64,000 nt of DNA from Octopus sinensis (taxonomy: Eukaryota): assembly GCF_006345805.1 (NCBI RefSeq), contig NC_042999.1:84878001-84942000 (forward strand), in the 5' to 3' direction. The translations under genes and the position numbers were made by a program. Positions 1 through 14,240 of this stretch are shown here, piece by piece; within the stretch, counting starts at the first letter, position 1, and every line of letters begins with the position of its first letter. The notes beneath the pieces were generated by a model that was not told the DNA's origin, ran no database searches, and saw only the letters and a program-made list of their open reading frames with translations.

Positions 1-544
1 TATGAATTCGGACGAAATGTCGATAAGTATTTCGCGCGGCACTTTAACGATTCTGCCAGCTCACCGCCTTTATAGCATATGTATGTTACCTTCATGTGCA
101 AGCCAATATTTTTACTGATGTTTTGACCAGTGCGATATCAACTGATCCACTATTAAGCACAATTAGATCTACTTAATTAAGTACAAGCAATGGTAACAAT
201 ATACACTGCAACTGAAAAACTATATACAAGCAAACTTATGATTTAAAGAAAAGAACGGATATAATACGTATATAATGTATCAAAATTTCTCTACTTAAAG
301 CACAGGAAAGAAAAACTGTTTGATCTACTGTGTTTTAATTAAATGGGACGAATCTGAAGTTTACCAAACCGCGTCTCAATCCACTGAACGCAAATGACAC
401 TTCCGTTAGCATTTAAAATTATTTTGCTTGCTCAAATCCTTTTCCATACGAATCATAACGTAATGACGAAAATGGACATTATTACACACACACACAGATG
501 CAAGCATGTTCTTGCTGTTGTTGTTTTTCCTCTTCTTCTTCTTC

Positions 545-556
545 TTATTATTATTA

Positions 557-616
<60 letters not shown>
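545..616. repeat. (TTA)n microsatellite, tail/target of the RLE element
   Basis: Direct reading. Confidence 0.95.
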
Positions 617-618
<2 letters not shown>

Positions 619-2746
619 GTTTGACTTTTGCTTTGTATTTGTACAAGTTGGCTCTAAGTCTCACCCAGAGATCTCAAGAGACAACAAGTTAGAAGTTCAT
701 GATGGTGTTATGCTTCGGGTGTCCATATATTTGGTTTTGTACATAGTATTGTTCTTGAGAATGTTTAAGAAAGAAAAAAAAAGAAAATTGTGAGTTTGTT
801 TTAAATTTTACATTACATCGACAGTATTTTACGTAGGATATAGGCAGTTCCCATGAGCACTACTTTTTGAATTTCTGTCATTTTGGTGTTTCCTAGTATC
901 TGGGCAAGGTAGAAATCAGCTCTTTTTGCTATCATTCCTAGGGCACCTATGACAACAGGTATAGTTTTAGTCTTCAGGTTCCACATTTTGCTCATTTCTC
1001 TTTCAAGATCTTTACACTTGCTCAGTTTTTAGTAAGTCTTGACAGATACATTTATATCGATTGGGATAGTCGTATCAATGAGAAGGTATGATTTTTGTCT
1101 GAAGTCTTTCAATACAACGTCTGGCCTATTTGTATCTATCTTTCTGTCAGTTTGAATGGTGAGGTTTCAGAGAAGTAAGATGTGATCATTTTTAAGCACT
1201 GACGGTGGTTTGTTTTACCACCAGTTTTTATCATGGGGCAGGTCCAAGTTTTTGCAAAAATTGGTGCAGCACTATCATGCTTGTCGAGACACTCTGTAGG
1301 CGCAAGAAGACTGCTCATGGAGACAACATGATTAATGGTTTCATTTTGTTGTTGACATACACGAAATTTTGGGCTACTGCCCTTCTTTAATATGTTGGCC
1401 TGGTAGCTTCTTGTAGGTAGGCATTGATCTTGGGCTGCTATGATAAACCCTTCTGTTTCTGATTTTAAGCCAGAAGGTATTTAACCATTGATGGGAAAGT
1501 GCTTTGTCAACATCGGCATTATTAGATCTCTTTGGGTATTTGCCATTGATAGGTTTTTCTTGCCATTTATCAGTAAAAATATCTAAGGCAGCAGTTTTAA
1601 CACGTGTTTTCATACGCTTAGCTTTTTCTGCACTTGTTTCCAGTACGTCTAATTCTGGGATTTGTTGTATTTGGAATTCACCTAGATATTCTTTTACCTG
1701 TTTTCTTACTGATTGTGATGCTTTCTTGTTTTCGTGCTTTAAGACAAGTTTGAACATCCAGTCCTCAGAGTTTTTCAGGTAGGTGTCTAGGCTAATTGTG
1801 ACAATCTTCATTGTTATTGCCAGTTGTAAAAGTCCATGGCCTCCCTCATTTCTTGGCCGATAAAGTCGTTCTATATCTGCCTTAGGGTGGTGCATTCTGT
1901 GCATTGTCAACAATTTTCGTATTTTTCTGTCGACATTAATTATTTCAGTAATTGACCAGTTAATGATATTGAAAGTAAGTAATAATCGCTTCGATCCTGT
2001 TTCTTCCATTCAGCTCTGTCTTGAGCATTGCTCTTACCCTGCGATAACATTCCCTTCTGATCCTCATCACTGCATGTTTGATTCCGTCCCCTTCGAACAC
2101 CCCTAGATATTTGTAGCTCTCCGCTTGGTTCTAACTCCTTTCTGACATTCTGCTGGTCAAGGTTAACGTTGGATGTTTCTGTCATTTTTCCTTTGATAAA
2201 GGGAGCTTTTGGACATGTATCGAGGCCAAATTGCGTCCTGATGTCATCGCTGAATTGTTTAACATTCGCTAGTAAGCCCTGTAGTAGTTGGTCAGTGTTT
2301 GCAAGGAGCTTTAAATCATCTATGTAAATGAAATGATTTATATTTTTATTAAACATTTTATAAGCGCACTATACATCATTGATCAATTTCGAGAGAGATA
2401 TTAAGGCTAGTCAAAAGAGGAGTGGTGAAAGAGACTCATCCTGGAAAATGCCACATGAAATTCTTACATCTCCAGCATTAAGAGATTCATTGTCACTGTT
2501 CAAATTCAGTGTGATCTCAAACTTACAGACAAAAAGTTTCGCCGAGTACGTGCAATTTTATACATTTCCAGACATGTCTTAATCCAGCTATGTGGTAGAC
2601 TATCAAAAGCCTTTTTTATAGTCTATCCAAGCTTTTGTGTCGTTTGTGGCAATCTTTCAAGATCATCTTACTGATGAGTAGCTGATCTTTACAACCATAG
2701 GACCCACGTTTAACAGCCTTTTTGCTATTTAGGGAATATGCTACTG
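617..2746 (-). mobile_element. 5'-truncated, frameshifted R4/Dong-like RLE non-LTR retrotransposon (RT to RLE to 3'UTR)
   Basis: Minus-strand fragments: QKGC..KDQLLI, HFIYIDDLKL (YxDD), FGLDTCPKA, HHPKADIERLYRPRNEGGHGL, RPDVV..LIDTTIP, TIPVVIGALG..QKVVLMGTAYILRKILS. Bounded on both sides by (TTA)n/(TTG)n. Confidence 0.9.
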
Positions 2747-2792
2747 ATTATTATTGTTGTTGTTGTTGTTGTTATTGTTGTTGTTGTTGTTG

Positions 2793-2843
<51 letters not shown>

Positions 2844-2856
2844 TATTATTATTATT
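2747..2856. repeat. (TTG)n/(TTA)n compound microsatellite
   Basis: Direct reading. Confidence 0.95.
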
Positions 2857-3514
2857 GAGTGAGAGAGCAGTGCATGCCATCAAAGTGACACTGGGGTAAA
2901 ATATACGAAGCCCAATATACCCATCATGACTACCCGTCTGATAAGGGTACACCAGGCACATGCATCACAACCATATGTGCGTGACATGGTGATCTCATAT
3001 CAAGATAAACAGCACATGACCTTGCGGGTGGGGCCCATTTAGAATTTTCTTCAGGTTGAGTAGCCCATCCCGCTCAAAAGGTCCCTGAATAAGGGTTGTT
3101 TAAGGATGTTGAAAGAACCACCCATGTTTCCAGAGGTGAATTATTCAAACCCCAAAGAATCCCTCTCAACACATGGCTATGATGCTCCCCCACTACTTCT
3201 GCTCGTGATCAGAGATGCACACATCGTCAGCCACTAAGGGACATGCTCAACTGGTTAAGGTCAAACAACTGACAAGCAAATCTGTGGTATTGAGCAGAAT
3301 ATTTGCTGTAGCTCATCTTTTATACCAAGACAAAATAATGTACATGATGACACTTCCAATCAGTTAAGATCAGAAGCCATGAGAGCCACTGCCTGGTACT
3401 GCATCAGGGCATAGAAGCCATGAGAGCCACTGCCTGGTACTGCATCAGGGCATAAAAGCCATGAGAGCCACTGCCTGGTACTGCATCAGGGCATGCGGTA
3501 CTGCATCAGGGCAT
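2857..3514 (-). mobile_element. Non-coding TAA-flanked retroelement (~557-nt family), copy 1, with triplicated 41-bp 5' end
   Basis: Colinear homology to 31756-32312 (opposite strand) and 50205-50443. Its 3' end ...CTCTCACTC abuts (TAA)n. Confidence 0.85.
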
Positions 3515-3552
3515 TTATATTATTATTATTATCATTATTATTATTATTATTA

Positions 3553-4335
3553 CCTTCTAACACTGGAGATGTACTACAGGGTCAGCAGCTCACTACCAGT
3601 GAACTAAGGTAACACGTCTTATTCTTCGAGCACCTTCCGGAGTATTCGAGCAGTTCCAAGCAGTGCTGTTTTCTGCAAGTGCTCCACCCTTATTGCAGCC
3701 CCTATTTGTTCCACGTGCTTCTCGAGATTTTTGTTCACTGTTCCCAGGGCTCCTACAATTATTGGTACTACTACTATCTTTTTCATCGACCAAAATTGCA
3801 TAACTTCCCAAGTTAACCTGTCATATCTCTCGACTTTTCTTTCTTCCTAATCGCATACCTTTTTGTCAGCTGGGAATGCTATTTCTATGATCCAACATAG
3901 TTTGTTTTCTTTCTCAATTAAGATTATTTCCGGCTTCCTATTCCCTATCTCATGGTCGCACTGAATCATAAAATCTTTGCATTTCTATTTTCTACGATGC
4001 CTTCAGGCTTGTGGTCGTACCAATTGTTTGCTCTGTCAAGTCAATACTTGTGGCAAAATGTCTAATGAACAAGCCTGGCTATATTGTCGTGGCGTTTCTT
4101 ATATTCCTTCTGGGCTAGTGGCGTACATTGGCTGGGAATATGCCATACGGTTTCACCGTTTTGTCCACAGATTCTGCACTTATCACTTTCTGATGTGTTG
4201 TCTATTCTGTATTTTATGTAGTGTGTTCTTTCTCTTTTCGATCTGACACGGAGATTTCCTTCGAGAGCATGTCTAACCCTGCCTGGATTCTTCATTTCCA
4301 CTATCAATCTTTTCTTTTGTCACTCCCATTATGTT
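3553..4335 (-). mobile_element. R4/Dong-like RLE retrotransposon 3' fragment (zinc knuckle + RLE)
   Basis: CRICGQNGETVWHI..C (CCHC), YKKRHD, VVVPIIVGALG..LQKTALLGTARILRKVL. Same family as 30735-31660. Confidence 0.9.
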
Positions 4336-5219
4336 TCTTTTTCTTGACATCAACACCCACGTTTCCTGCTACAACTATACATGCTGCCATGGCCGAAGTG
4401 TGTTTGGCCATAGGTTTGCCCCCTTTTTTGTCTTTCATTCAAGAGGGAAGGCAAGGTTCATGATGAAATGCAGGACCTCTGTAATAGAAGGAAGGTCGGA
4501 AGGAAGGAAGGAAGGAAGGAAGGAAGTTATTCTGAAACTGTATATTGGCAACAAAGTGAACTCCACCATTGGCACCCAGGGTGCCGGAATCATGGTGAGA
4601 AACTCTACCATCCAAATAGGTCATACCAGAAATTGAACTCCAGAACGGAAACAGCCTGAACAAATACTGCAAGGCATCCAGTCTGACGTTTTTACAGTAG
4701 TACCAATCTAGCCAGCTTAGATTGTTACTCATAAAGACCCCGAAAGAATTTAAAATATTGATGATCGATGATCCCGGCAGAATTTGGACAAATATCACAA
4801 AGTATGCTTTCACGATTCTGTCAGTTCATTAAAATCTGATGTGACTTGGGAGCATACAAAAAGAACATAATTCATCTCTATACACGTCATCAAGAGGGAG
4901 TTTTAATTGCTTGACATAGTAGCCGAATCTCATTGAAATGACACCCTACCCAAAAAGATGATGCATGAGATAATTGTAAATTTTGATATACACAAGCATG
5001 GGAAGGTCATGAGTAGAAGGCTTTTGACGTATCAAAACCGCTCGATCGGAGCTGATCTGAAGCTAAACAGCAATAAGATCTGCAACTAGTAAACTCCCAT
5101 AAAGCCTTTATCTGCACTGTATTACACTAACTCCAGTGTTATGACGTATTAATTACTAAGATGTTCACAACTCCACGATATTTTTTCATAGGAATCCAGT
5201 CCATTAATTAATCGCCACT

Positions 5220-5842
5220 TATCTTTTATCTTTGCCTTGTTTCAGTCATTAGACTGGGACATTGAAAATTTTTTAGTCAAATGAATCGACCCAATACCTA
5301 ATTACTAAAGCCTGGTACTTACCACAAAATTACAGATGTAGGCGCAATGGCCCAGTGGTTAGGGCAGTCGGAGGATCGCGGTTTCCCAGACCGGGCGTTC
5401 TGTGTGTTTATTGAGCGAAAACACCTAAAGCTCCATTTTCTCTCACTCTTTCTTCCTGTTTATTGAGTAACGCAGCGATGGACTGGCGTCCCGTCCAGCT
5501 GGGTGGGGGGAACACATACACCACAGAAACCGGGAAACCGGGCCCATGAGCCGGGCTAGGCTTGAAAAAGGGCGCATAAATAAAAAAAAATAAACAGAAC
5601 AGCACCAGTTGTCAACCAGTGGTGAGGCGAACACACTCAAAAACATACACACATATACACACACACACGCACATATATACAACAGGTTTCTTTCAGTTTC
5701 CATCTATCAAATCCACTCACAGGGTTTGGTCGGCCTGAGGATATAGTAGAAAACACTTGCTGAAGTTGTAATGCAGTGAGTCCGAACCCGGAAACATGCA
5801 GTTGGGAAGCAAATTTCTTACTGCACAACCTACGCCTGCACT
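5220..5842 (-). mobile_element. tRNA-related SINE family A, interrupted by a second SINE
   Basis: 5598-5842 and 5220-5322 match the 5' and 3' parts of 14768-15262 in reverse complement. Confidence 0.75.
5339..5585 (+). mobile_element. tRNA-headed SINE family B nested in SINE A
   Basis: A-box-like TGGCCCAGTGG. Shares GCGATGGACTGGCGTCCCGTCCAGCTGGG and the 3' end with the 59260-59498 copy. Confidence 0.8.
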
Positions 5843-6262
5843 TGTATCAACATATATGAACCGAAAAATAGAATGGTTGCCCTGACATAATTTGAACTGG
5901 AATTATAAAACAATCATAAATGAATGCTACAACAGATTTAAACTGATATTCACAACCAGTTGTAACACCGTTACACAGGCCAACATTCAATTCTCGAATA
6001 TTACATTGTCACGAGACTTTTACATCTCAATATCTCAATATTCTATCTATCGCCATACATGAAAACTCTATTTAAATGAAACAGCAGCAGCAGCTGAAGC
6101 TGTGGCAATATATGAAGTCATGAAATAAGTATTTCTGTTGCTTAGATGTTTTATGTTTTACTAGCTGCTGAGAAATTTTATATTACCGCAGTCATTGTCA
6201 AATTTATATAGATACACACAGACACACATACACACAAACGCACACGCACACACGTGCGCACA

Positions 6263-6295
<33 letters not shown>

Positions 6296-6316
6296 CACAC
6301 ACACACACACACACAC

Positions 6317-6406
<90 letters not shown>

Positions 6407-7679
6407 GTATGTATATGAAGAATTTCATTTCGAAATGAAAAAAAAAAGCTTGGCAAAAACAAAAGCCCAAAATATGTTCATATTTTTGTTGATTTTTCTG
6501 GTATTTTTTATATATTTTATATACCTATGTTATTTTTAGATAACACATTAAAATTTCGAATTCTTGCAAATTCTTTCTCTCTCCCATCTTTCTTGTTGTC
6601 CCTTCTCTCCATCTCTCTCTCAACTTCTCTCTTCCTCTGTCTTTCTCTCTCTCTCTCTCACTTTATTCCCTCGATCTCCGAGATTTCTTTTAATCTTCAT
6701 GATATTTGCATTGTTTCTGTGTATTTTATTCATTTAATTTGCGCGTGTCATAAAGCAACAGGCAGGCTTCCGGCATGTTGGTGCTGCAAAACTGCTTTTA
6801 ATACATGACTGAATACAAGATCACACTACTTCTATCTTACGTTACTAATGCCCTTCGGTGGCGATTAAACGTGACGCAGTATCATTTAACTTCCCTATAA
6901 ATGTGTGTCTAAGTAAGACATCCTTTATCAATTTTATGCGTGGAACTTGCACCACCTTCAGCTCTAACATTCTTCGTGATATCAAATTCCCACAATTGTT
7001 TTAATAAATTCACAAACGTACCTTTTGAAAAGTATTTACTTCATTTACACATTACACAATTACATTTATACATTTGACAGAATATATATTTCTTTTAAAT
7101 GTATGCTGATTCTTCTTCACCCAACAAATTATAAGTTTAAAGAAATATTTTGTCGAGTTACCATACCATTGGACAAGTGGCTGAATAGCGATGGAACGTA
7201 CCAATTGAACGCTGTGGTTCACAACAAAGATTTTCAACCGACTATTTTTTTCCAGCTATAAACTTAATGAATGTTTCATAACCTTGCTGAAATGAGTCGA
7301 GTTGAAGAGGGACAAGCTTCACCAGAAGTATTTCCCCCATACATGCTACACTGTTTGAAGAGTAGCTGTTTACTGATGCTTTACCCGGAAATAGATAATG
7401 GGACCTTGCAAATTATTGTTGAAAACAAAATACATGAAATCTAAATGATTACCATGAAAGTTTCCGGAAATTTCTCCTAAGTTGTTCGGTGCTATTATCT
7501 TTTGCTCAGTTATATGAAAAGAGATAGTGACATACGAAAACTAGTATTGTAACACATATCAATCTCTCGTCTGATGCTAATTGGTGGAATGAGATTATTA
7601 ATGGGAAAGCCTCCTTCATGCTCAAGTTTCAGCGCTACGCTCTGATGCTTTGACGGTGGTCATAAAGCCTTGCGTGTAT

Positions 7680-8070
7680 AATATTTCTAATTTTGCATTA
7701 GGGGCAAGATCAATTACTTTTTGCAGAGGGTGAGGAAGACAACTTAATTAACCGACTACTAGTGATACTTTACGGTATTCAATCAATGATGCGAAGTAAT
7801 GCAATGTCAGGATTTGATCTTTAAACGTCGACCGACGACAGGAAATGCCGTAAGGGATTCACTGCAGCTTTTTATCGTTACTGATTGTTCCTCGCCACAT
7901 TCGACATAAACAAATATTGATTTGTTTTCATTGACACGAAGAGAGAAAACTGCAAAGTAAGAGTATTATCGATAAAATCGACCCAACTATGTTTTGAGGG
8001 GTACTTATTTTATCGATCTCTAATTGATTTAACTCGATCTTTGCAAGGTTTCAATTCAGAACTCCGAGAG
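7680..8070 (-). mobile_element. Degenerate (probably dimeric) SINE family C copy
   Basis: Diverged similarity to both halves of 54168-54602. Confidence 0.5.
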
Positions 8071-8453
8071 GTAAAAAAAATACATAAAAACCATAAAAGC
8101 AGCAACACTAAAACTACGACATAATTGACTTCTGAAATAACAGGTTATTTTTTTTAACGCCAAGGTTCACAAGTAAACACAATGAAACAAAATGACATTC
8201 TATCTATATTTACCTAACACAAGGTGTAAATATAACAACATATTTACAATACAAGAAAGGCAATCCAACTAATTTTTCGACTTTCAAATTTTTTCTCATA
8301 TATCAATTACTAAAGGCTGAGTGCTGTGTAACTGCTACACAGATATATACATAGACATAACAGAAGTAAATAGACAATCTTATAATCGTTAAAATTTATG
8401 TAAATCTGAAATTATACATTCAAAGTATTTATTAGTTATTATAATGTGAATAT

Positions 8454-8911
8454 CTAATATTTACTAGACATGCCCTTTGCCTTTTTTAATGCAAGGACCC
8501 TATTAGGCATGCTACTGATTAGACGACGAATATTCTCTGGAAGAATTCCATGCCAAGTTTCATCAAATAATCTCAAAAGACCTGGCTTTGGGAGTGTTTT
8601 TTTTCTTTTCTTTTTATGAAGTGTCCTGTCCATTATGCCCCAGAGATGTTCAATTGGGTTCATATCCAGTGACTAGCTTGGCCATAAAAGCTTTTTTAAT
8701 GCCATTCTCTTCAAACCAATGTTGGGTCTTTTTAGCTGTGTAACAAGAAACCCCATTTTCCATAAATAAAGAGTCGTCTTTAAAGATTTCACCACTAGAG
8801 AAGACTGGAAGGAGTCCTTTCTGCAATATGAACACTTATTTATCTGAGTTTATGTTTCCCTCATACTTCATCAACTCTAATCGACCATTGCTTCAAATTG
8901 CTCCCCAGACT
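8454..8911 (-). pseudogene. Tc1-family DDE transposase C-terminal fragment
   Basis: VWGAI*SNGR, FMENGVSCYTAKKTQHWFEENGI, MNPIEHLWGIM, LISSMPNRVLALKKAKGMSSKY. Contains a stop and frameshifts. Confidence 0.9.
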
Positions 8912-8919
8912 ACACCGGG

Positions 8920-9425
8920 AAAATATTATGCTCCACTTGTTGGTATATGAAGGGCGCTGTCTATCCCGAAGTGTTAAACCAAAATGATATAGTTAGCGGG
9001 AAGGTTTGTCGTCAACTGAACAAAATTGCACAAAAGTTTGCGACCATTATTGTCAATTGCAAATGGATGTTTCTCTAACAAGATATTGCAAGTCAATAAG
9101 GGAAAGATTATGCAACTACATATGGAAGTTTTGCCTCATTCTCCTTACTTTCCTGGCTATCATTGTTTCAGATCATTGCAGCATTATTTAGAAGAAAAGC
9201 AGCTTCTTAATTGTCAAGAGGTTAAATGTGATATACTAATGATATTGAGCGTCTCGCTGCTTCCTAGCCTTACGAACTTTATGCCTGAGGGATGAACAAC
9301 ATGAGAAATAGACATGGTAATTTTCAGATAAACGGGATATATTTTGATTAAATATATCAATTAAGACCGAAGAATTTGTTTCTTTCCCATTTTGAAATGC
9401 CACAGTACTTTCTTTCTAACATATA
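8920..9425 (+). pseudogene. mariner-family transposase C-terminal fragment with probable 3' TIR remnant
   Basis: MEVLPHSPYFP..YHCFRSLQHYL resembles WEVLPHPPYSPDLAPSDYHLFRSLQ. Ends with NGIYFD*. Confidence 0.8.
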
Positions 9426-9659
9426 CACACATACATACAGAATACTTTCTCTCACGCGCACTCACACACGCAACTATACACACATGCAAACATTCACACA
9501 CACACATCTCAAAAACAAAATGGACACACCATATTATACATTTTTATATCTGTGCGGACACAATCTGCTGCTTTAAACTTCTTAATGCATTACCATTTTC
9601 ACTCAACAGTATATCCTTTACGATAACTATCCCAGCCCCAAACACGAGAAGAAAAAGTG

Positions 9660-9790
9660 TGGTCTGATCTTCAAAGTGGGCGGATTATGAGTCAATCAGA
9701 GTGTGTATTTAGCCAGCGTAAGATTACACAAAGACTTATAGACAAAAACTTGAGCATTCCTCTTGCTACAGTCAACAGTGTGACTGTACA
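9660..9790 (+). pseudogene. Tc1-like N-terminal HTH remnant
   Basis: WSDLQSGRIMSQSECVFSQRKITQ..LSIPLATVNSV resembles the paired-like HTH of Tc1 transposases. Confidence 0.5.
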
Positions 9791-10144
9791 ACCCACCTTT
9801 TGTACAATATTCTGCTAATGTCGATCTGAGCTCTCTCACAGGCGTCTTCATGCTGCTAGGTGGATTCTGGAAAAATCATCTCCGTTGTGAGACACATGTC
9901 GCAGAGTAACTCCCAATAAACTCGAGTATTTCTGTGTTTCTGTGAGGGTTATCCATCTACTTCGATACTCAGATGAAAACAATAATACTTTATGAAGTCT
10001 GAAGCAACACGTAGTAAGTTTGACTGATAAAACGGTATAGTGAGGGGTGTCTGTTTACTATTGAGATGTCTGTGTGTGTGTGTGTGTGTATACCGTTTTA
10101 TCTCTGGGGACCTACTACGAGTCGTTTTCATAGCATTTTTTCGA

Positions 10145-10218
10145 TGGCCCGATAACTGAAGAGATGTCGGCGTGGGTTTCCGCCCCGACATCCGAAACAC
10201 GGAGCTTTATCAAGGCTA
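10145..10218 (+). ncRNA. Type-I hammerhead-ribozyme-like motif (degenerate stem III)
   Basis: GATAA-CTGAAGA-GATGTCGG..CCGACATC-C-GAAA..TTATC: stem I, core, 8-bp stem II. Confidence 0.6.
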
Positions 10219-10317
10219 CGGAATAATTGTCACATATATTTCTAGATAAATTCCGCTATTTACATAATATCGATTCTCTTTCATTCTTTTGTTGCCTTGT
10301 CATTTCCATCAATATAT

Positions 10318-10384
<67 letters not shown>

Positions 10385-10435
10385 CAGAATGAGATAAAAA
10401 AAACCAAGGCTGTGAAGATTACAGCTGTTTCCACG

Positions 10436-10469
<34 letters not shown>

Positions 10470-10558
10470 GATAGATATATGTATATATATATGTATATAT
10501 GTATATATGTATGTATATATATGTATATATGTATGTATATGTATATATATATGTATAT

Positions 10559-10603
<45 letters not shown>

Positions 10604-11565
10604 GTATATCCGCATCTCTCGCTGTGGTTATTTTAACCAGAGTTCCTTTATATTATAAAGGAAATAATTAATTCCATTGTCACATACCGATACACGTGTA
10701 TTTGAGGTGATACTTTTCTCGCAATTAACTTGATCTGATACCGTGTATTGGAATTTAAGCAAACTTAAATCCTGTGAGAGATATTCTAAATCATTTGAAA
10801 GCTCAAAAATATTGCAAAATTCAGTTTTCATTTCTTACTTGCAGAGATGTGGAAACTTTCATCGCACCAATACGACCTGGTCTCCGACGCAGATCCACTG
10901 CAACTGTTTATAACATTGCTAATGTTGACTTTTTATTGGTTTTATAGTTTCATGTCTCTCTCTCTTTCTCTCTCTTCCTCTCCCTCTCCCTCTCCCTCTC
11001 TCTTTCTTACTTTTACTCTCTCTCCTTTCTTTTTCTCTCTCTCTCTCTATCTATCTATCTCTATCTCTCTCTCTCTCTCTCTCCGCTCGCTCTCTTTTTT
11101 CTCTCTCTCTCTCGTGTTGAACTTATGGTCGAATAGGTATACGGTGTAGCTGTTTTCCGACTTCTTCACATCATTCGTTGTTAGTCGATTCCAATTTCCA
11201 TTCTTTTGCATATTTACAACTTTATAGGTATTATTATCATTATCATTATCATGTTCCACTTTTTTCTTCCTTCACTTCTCTTCCAACGTTTCTCTTTTAT
11301 ATTTCTTATCTCCTCCACTTGTCTTGATGGATATCTGAAATTATGCATATTCCGTTCGCTATGTATAGATATAAGATATTTTTTGATACATCTTTATTGC
11401 CGTTTAAGTCTTTAGAAATTAGATTTTTGCTATATAGATTAAATTCATTTTAACCATGTGGTATAAAAAGTAGGGAGATAAATACTTATAAAGAATTAAT
11501 ATTGATGAATCTTTCTGCACAAAATCACACTTGCCTATGCATACGCACATATGCATACACATATG

Positions 11566-11605
<40 letters not shown>

Positions 11606-11896
11606 ATATATATATATATATGTATGTATGTATGTGTGTATGTACATACATACATACATATATACGTACATACTTTGATAGAAAGAGAGAGAGATTACAG
11701 AGCAGAATTACACCAGTAGTAATAATGGTGACTATATGTATGTCTGTGTGCATATGTGTGTTTATATACATGTGTTTGTGTAAATATATATACATACATA
11801 CACACACACACACATATATATATACATATACATACGTACATACATACATACATACATACATACATACATACATACATACATACATACATACATACA

Positions 11897-11927
<31 letters not shown>

Positions 11928-12645
11928 GTACATGCATGCTTACTTACTAACGTACTTGCATACACAACGTTATATGCGTTTAGAACTAATCACCACAATT
12001 TCAGTTCCAATAAATTTGCTTATCAGTTGTTTATGCGATTCATTGTCATACTTAAAGCTGTAAGTAATTTGTTGTAGTCTTAAGCCGGATATGACCGATA
12101 TTCTCAGTTGCAGCTCTAATGTTGTAAATATCTCACGAGTGTGGCTTAATTTTGTCGAACCAAAATCAGCGTTCTCTGCAGGACGTTTCGACAAAAGTTT
12201 CATTATGGCATCTACCTAACTTGGATCTTGTGGTATAGTAGGCACCAGATTATGGTGCCTACTAGCAGATGGATAAAGCAACGTCCATATTGACTATAGC
12301 GTAGTAGGACGGCTAAACTTGTCAACTCTGATAATGAAACATTTAGAGCAATCAAATCTATTTCCCAATATCTTTGTTATTGGATGTAATATTTCTTCGA
12401 AAATCTATGATATTCTATCTGCCGTATCTGTTCTGGATATTTATATTCTGAGATCAAATTCCACCACCTAGTTAATATCCTATCAATAGTAAGGTCATTG
12501 CAGAATACTACCGTGTAGCAAATGTGAAATAAAGACGATTGTATGAAATATATTCTGTTTTAGTTTATAAAAGTCCTGTGTATCCGAAGTATACCGCAAT
12601 ATTTCCATTAATATGTGGGTATATCTATATATATCTATCTATCTA

Positions 12646-12724
<79 letters not shown>

Positions 12725-13560
12725 TACTTGGAGAAGAGAAATAGAGAAATAACGCGTGCGTTCGGTCATATAATAACAATATAATAAATAAATAAAATAT
12801 ATGCATACATACATACATATATGTAGCTTCGTGCTTTCAACAAGCATACATCGACTTCCGTCTTTCGCAACCCGAATTTTCACATGCGTTCTAACAAATT
12901 TTTCCATCGTCTAGGCCTAAAAAAGCCCTTATTGTTGGTTCCCTGTCCTGTTATTCTTTATTTGTACTGTTTTTTCTACTGCTTTTACGTCCTGTTCTTG
13001 TCACTTGTTTTACCCCTCTGCAAAATAATTTTATTTAATTCCTTTTGCAGGAAGGACTGCTTCGGCCTGGCCGGGTTTTGCCCTTATCTTCGAAACACGC
13101 ATTGAGTCGAACCAGGGGCAGCTGATAAAGGGGAATTTTCCTTGTATTGTTTGTCCTGTACTCTGTTCTTTCGTTGTTAAAAAAGTCCGTTTCCTTGTTT
13201 GATTTTATGTTTTCGTTTCTCGTTGTGTTCTACGTTTATTTGTGGTGTCCTGTACTCATATATATATATAAGTATGTACATATATGTATGTATATATGCA
13301 TATATTTTATTTATATATATATATATATCATAAATAGAATGGACAATACAAAGGACAACACAGGAGGAACGATTTTTAACAAATATGGTATTAACTTAGC
13401 GCTTAATCAGAAAGGCAAAGTGTTTTAACGTTTTGGATACCAGTTCTTCATCAAACGAAGAATGAGAAAAGCATAGATGTAACGAGAAAGAGAAATAGTT
13501 AGTAATAAAACAGGCGATTGGTTAGAAACAAAGTAGGAACGTTGTTCTGTGGTTAAGTTT
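12725..13560. mobile_element. Penelope-like pseudo-LTR / non-autonomous remnants between (TA)n tracts
   Basis: Degenerate hammerhead-like motif at 13423-13460 (-) shares CTTCATCAAACGAAG with 44326-44340. Layout similar to 59040-59240. Confidence 0.4.
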
Positions 13561-14101
13561 ATAAGGAAGGAAAGAAGAAAAATTCAGAAAGAAGAATACG
13601 TAGATGCCAGTTTATGCGGGTCTGGAAGCTGGTATGAATGAGATGGGGTATGTATTTGTGTGATCGTATGAGAACATTGCTTAGCGTAGCACAGCTGTGT
13701 GTGTGCGTGCGTGTGCGCGTGTGTGGGGAGAACAATCCTGCTTCCATAAAACGTCGACCTTTTGGAATATTTCTCCCATCCATGCGTTTGGTTGCCACGG
13801 TTAACTTGCAAATATTTCAAGCAAGCAATAACATCACTTATCATCTCGTTTTCGGAGTGCTATCAACAGCAATGGGAAGAATATTTTCTTCCCTTCTTCC
13901 AGACTGAAATACAAAGAAAAATATATGGCAATGTCAGACAATACATAGTGATTCAATCTTACACTGAAGGTGTTTCAATTAACTTACCAAAAATAAAACA
14001 GCATGGGTTTCATAACCTTCTGTCAGTCTTTCACCTGAAGCAAGCATGTATGAGTATGTGCACATCTGTATATAAGTGTGTGTATATACGTATAAATCCG
14101 C

Positions 14102-14151
<50 letters not shown>

Positions 14152-14157
14152 ATATAC

Positions 14158-14190
<33 letters not shown>

Positions 14191-14198
14191 ATATATAT

Positions 14199-14240
<42 letters not shown>

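Noticed and set aside
3372-3514. CRISPR-like regular repeat
   Set aside because: The units are contiguous with no spacers, the context is eukaryotic, and there are no cas genes
4530-4860. LINE RT remnant (FGVFMSNNLSW)
   Set aside because: A single weak motif, insufficient to call
12236-12264. 12-bp hairpin with CTAG as a Helitron 3' end
   Set aside because: CTAG overlaps the stem instead of lying downstream, and there is no other Helitron evidence
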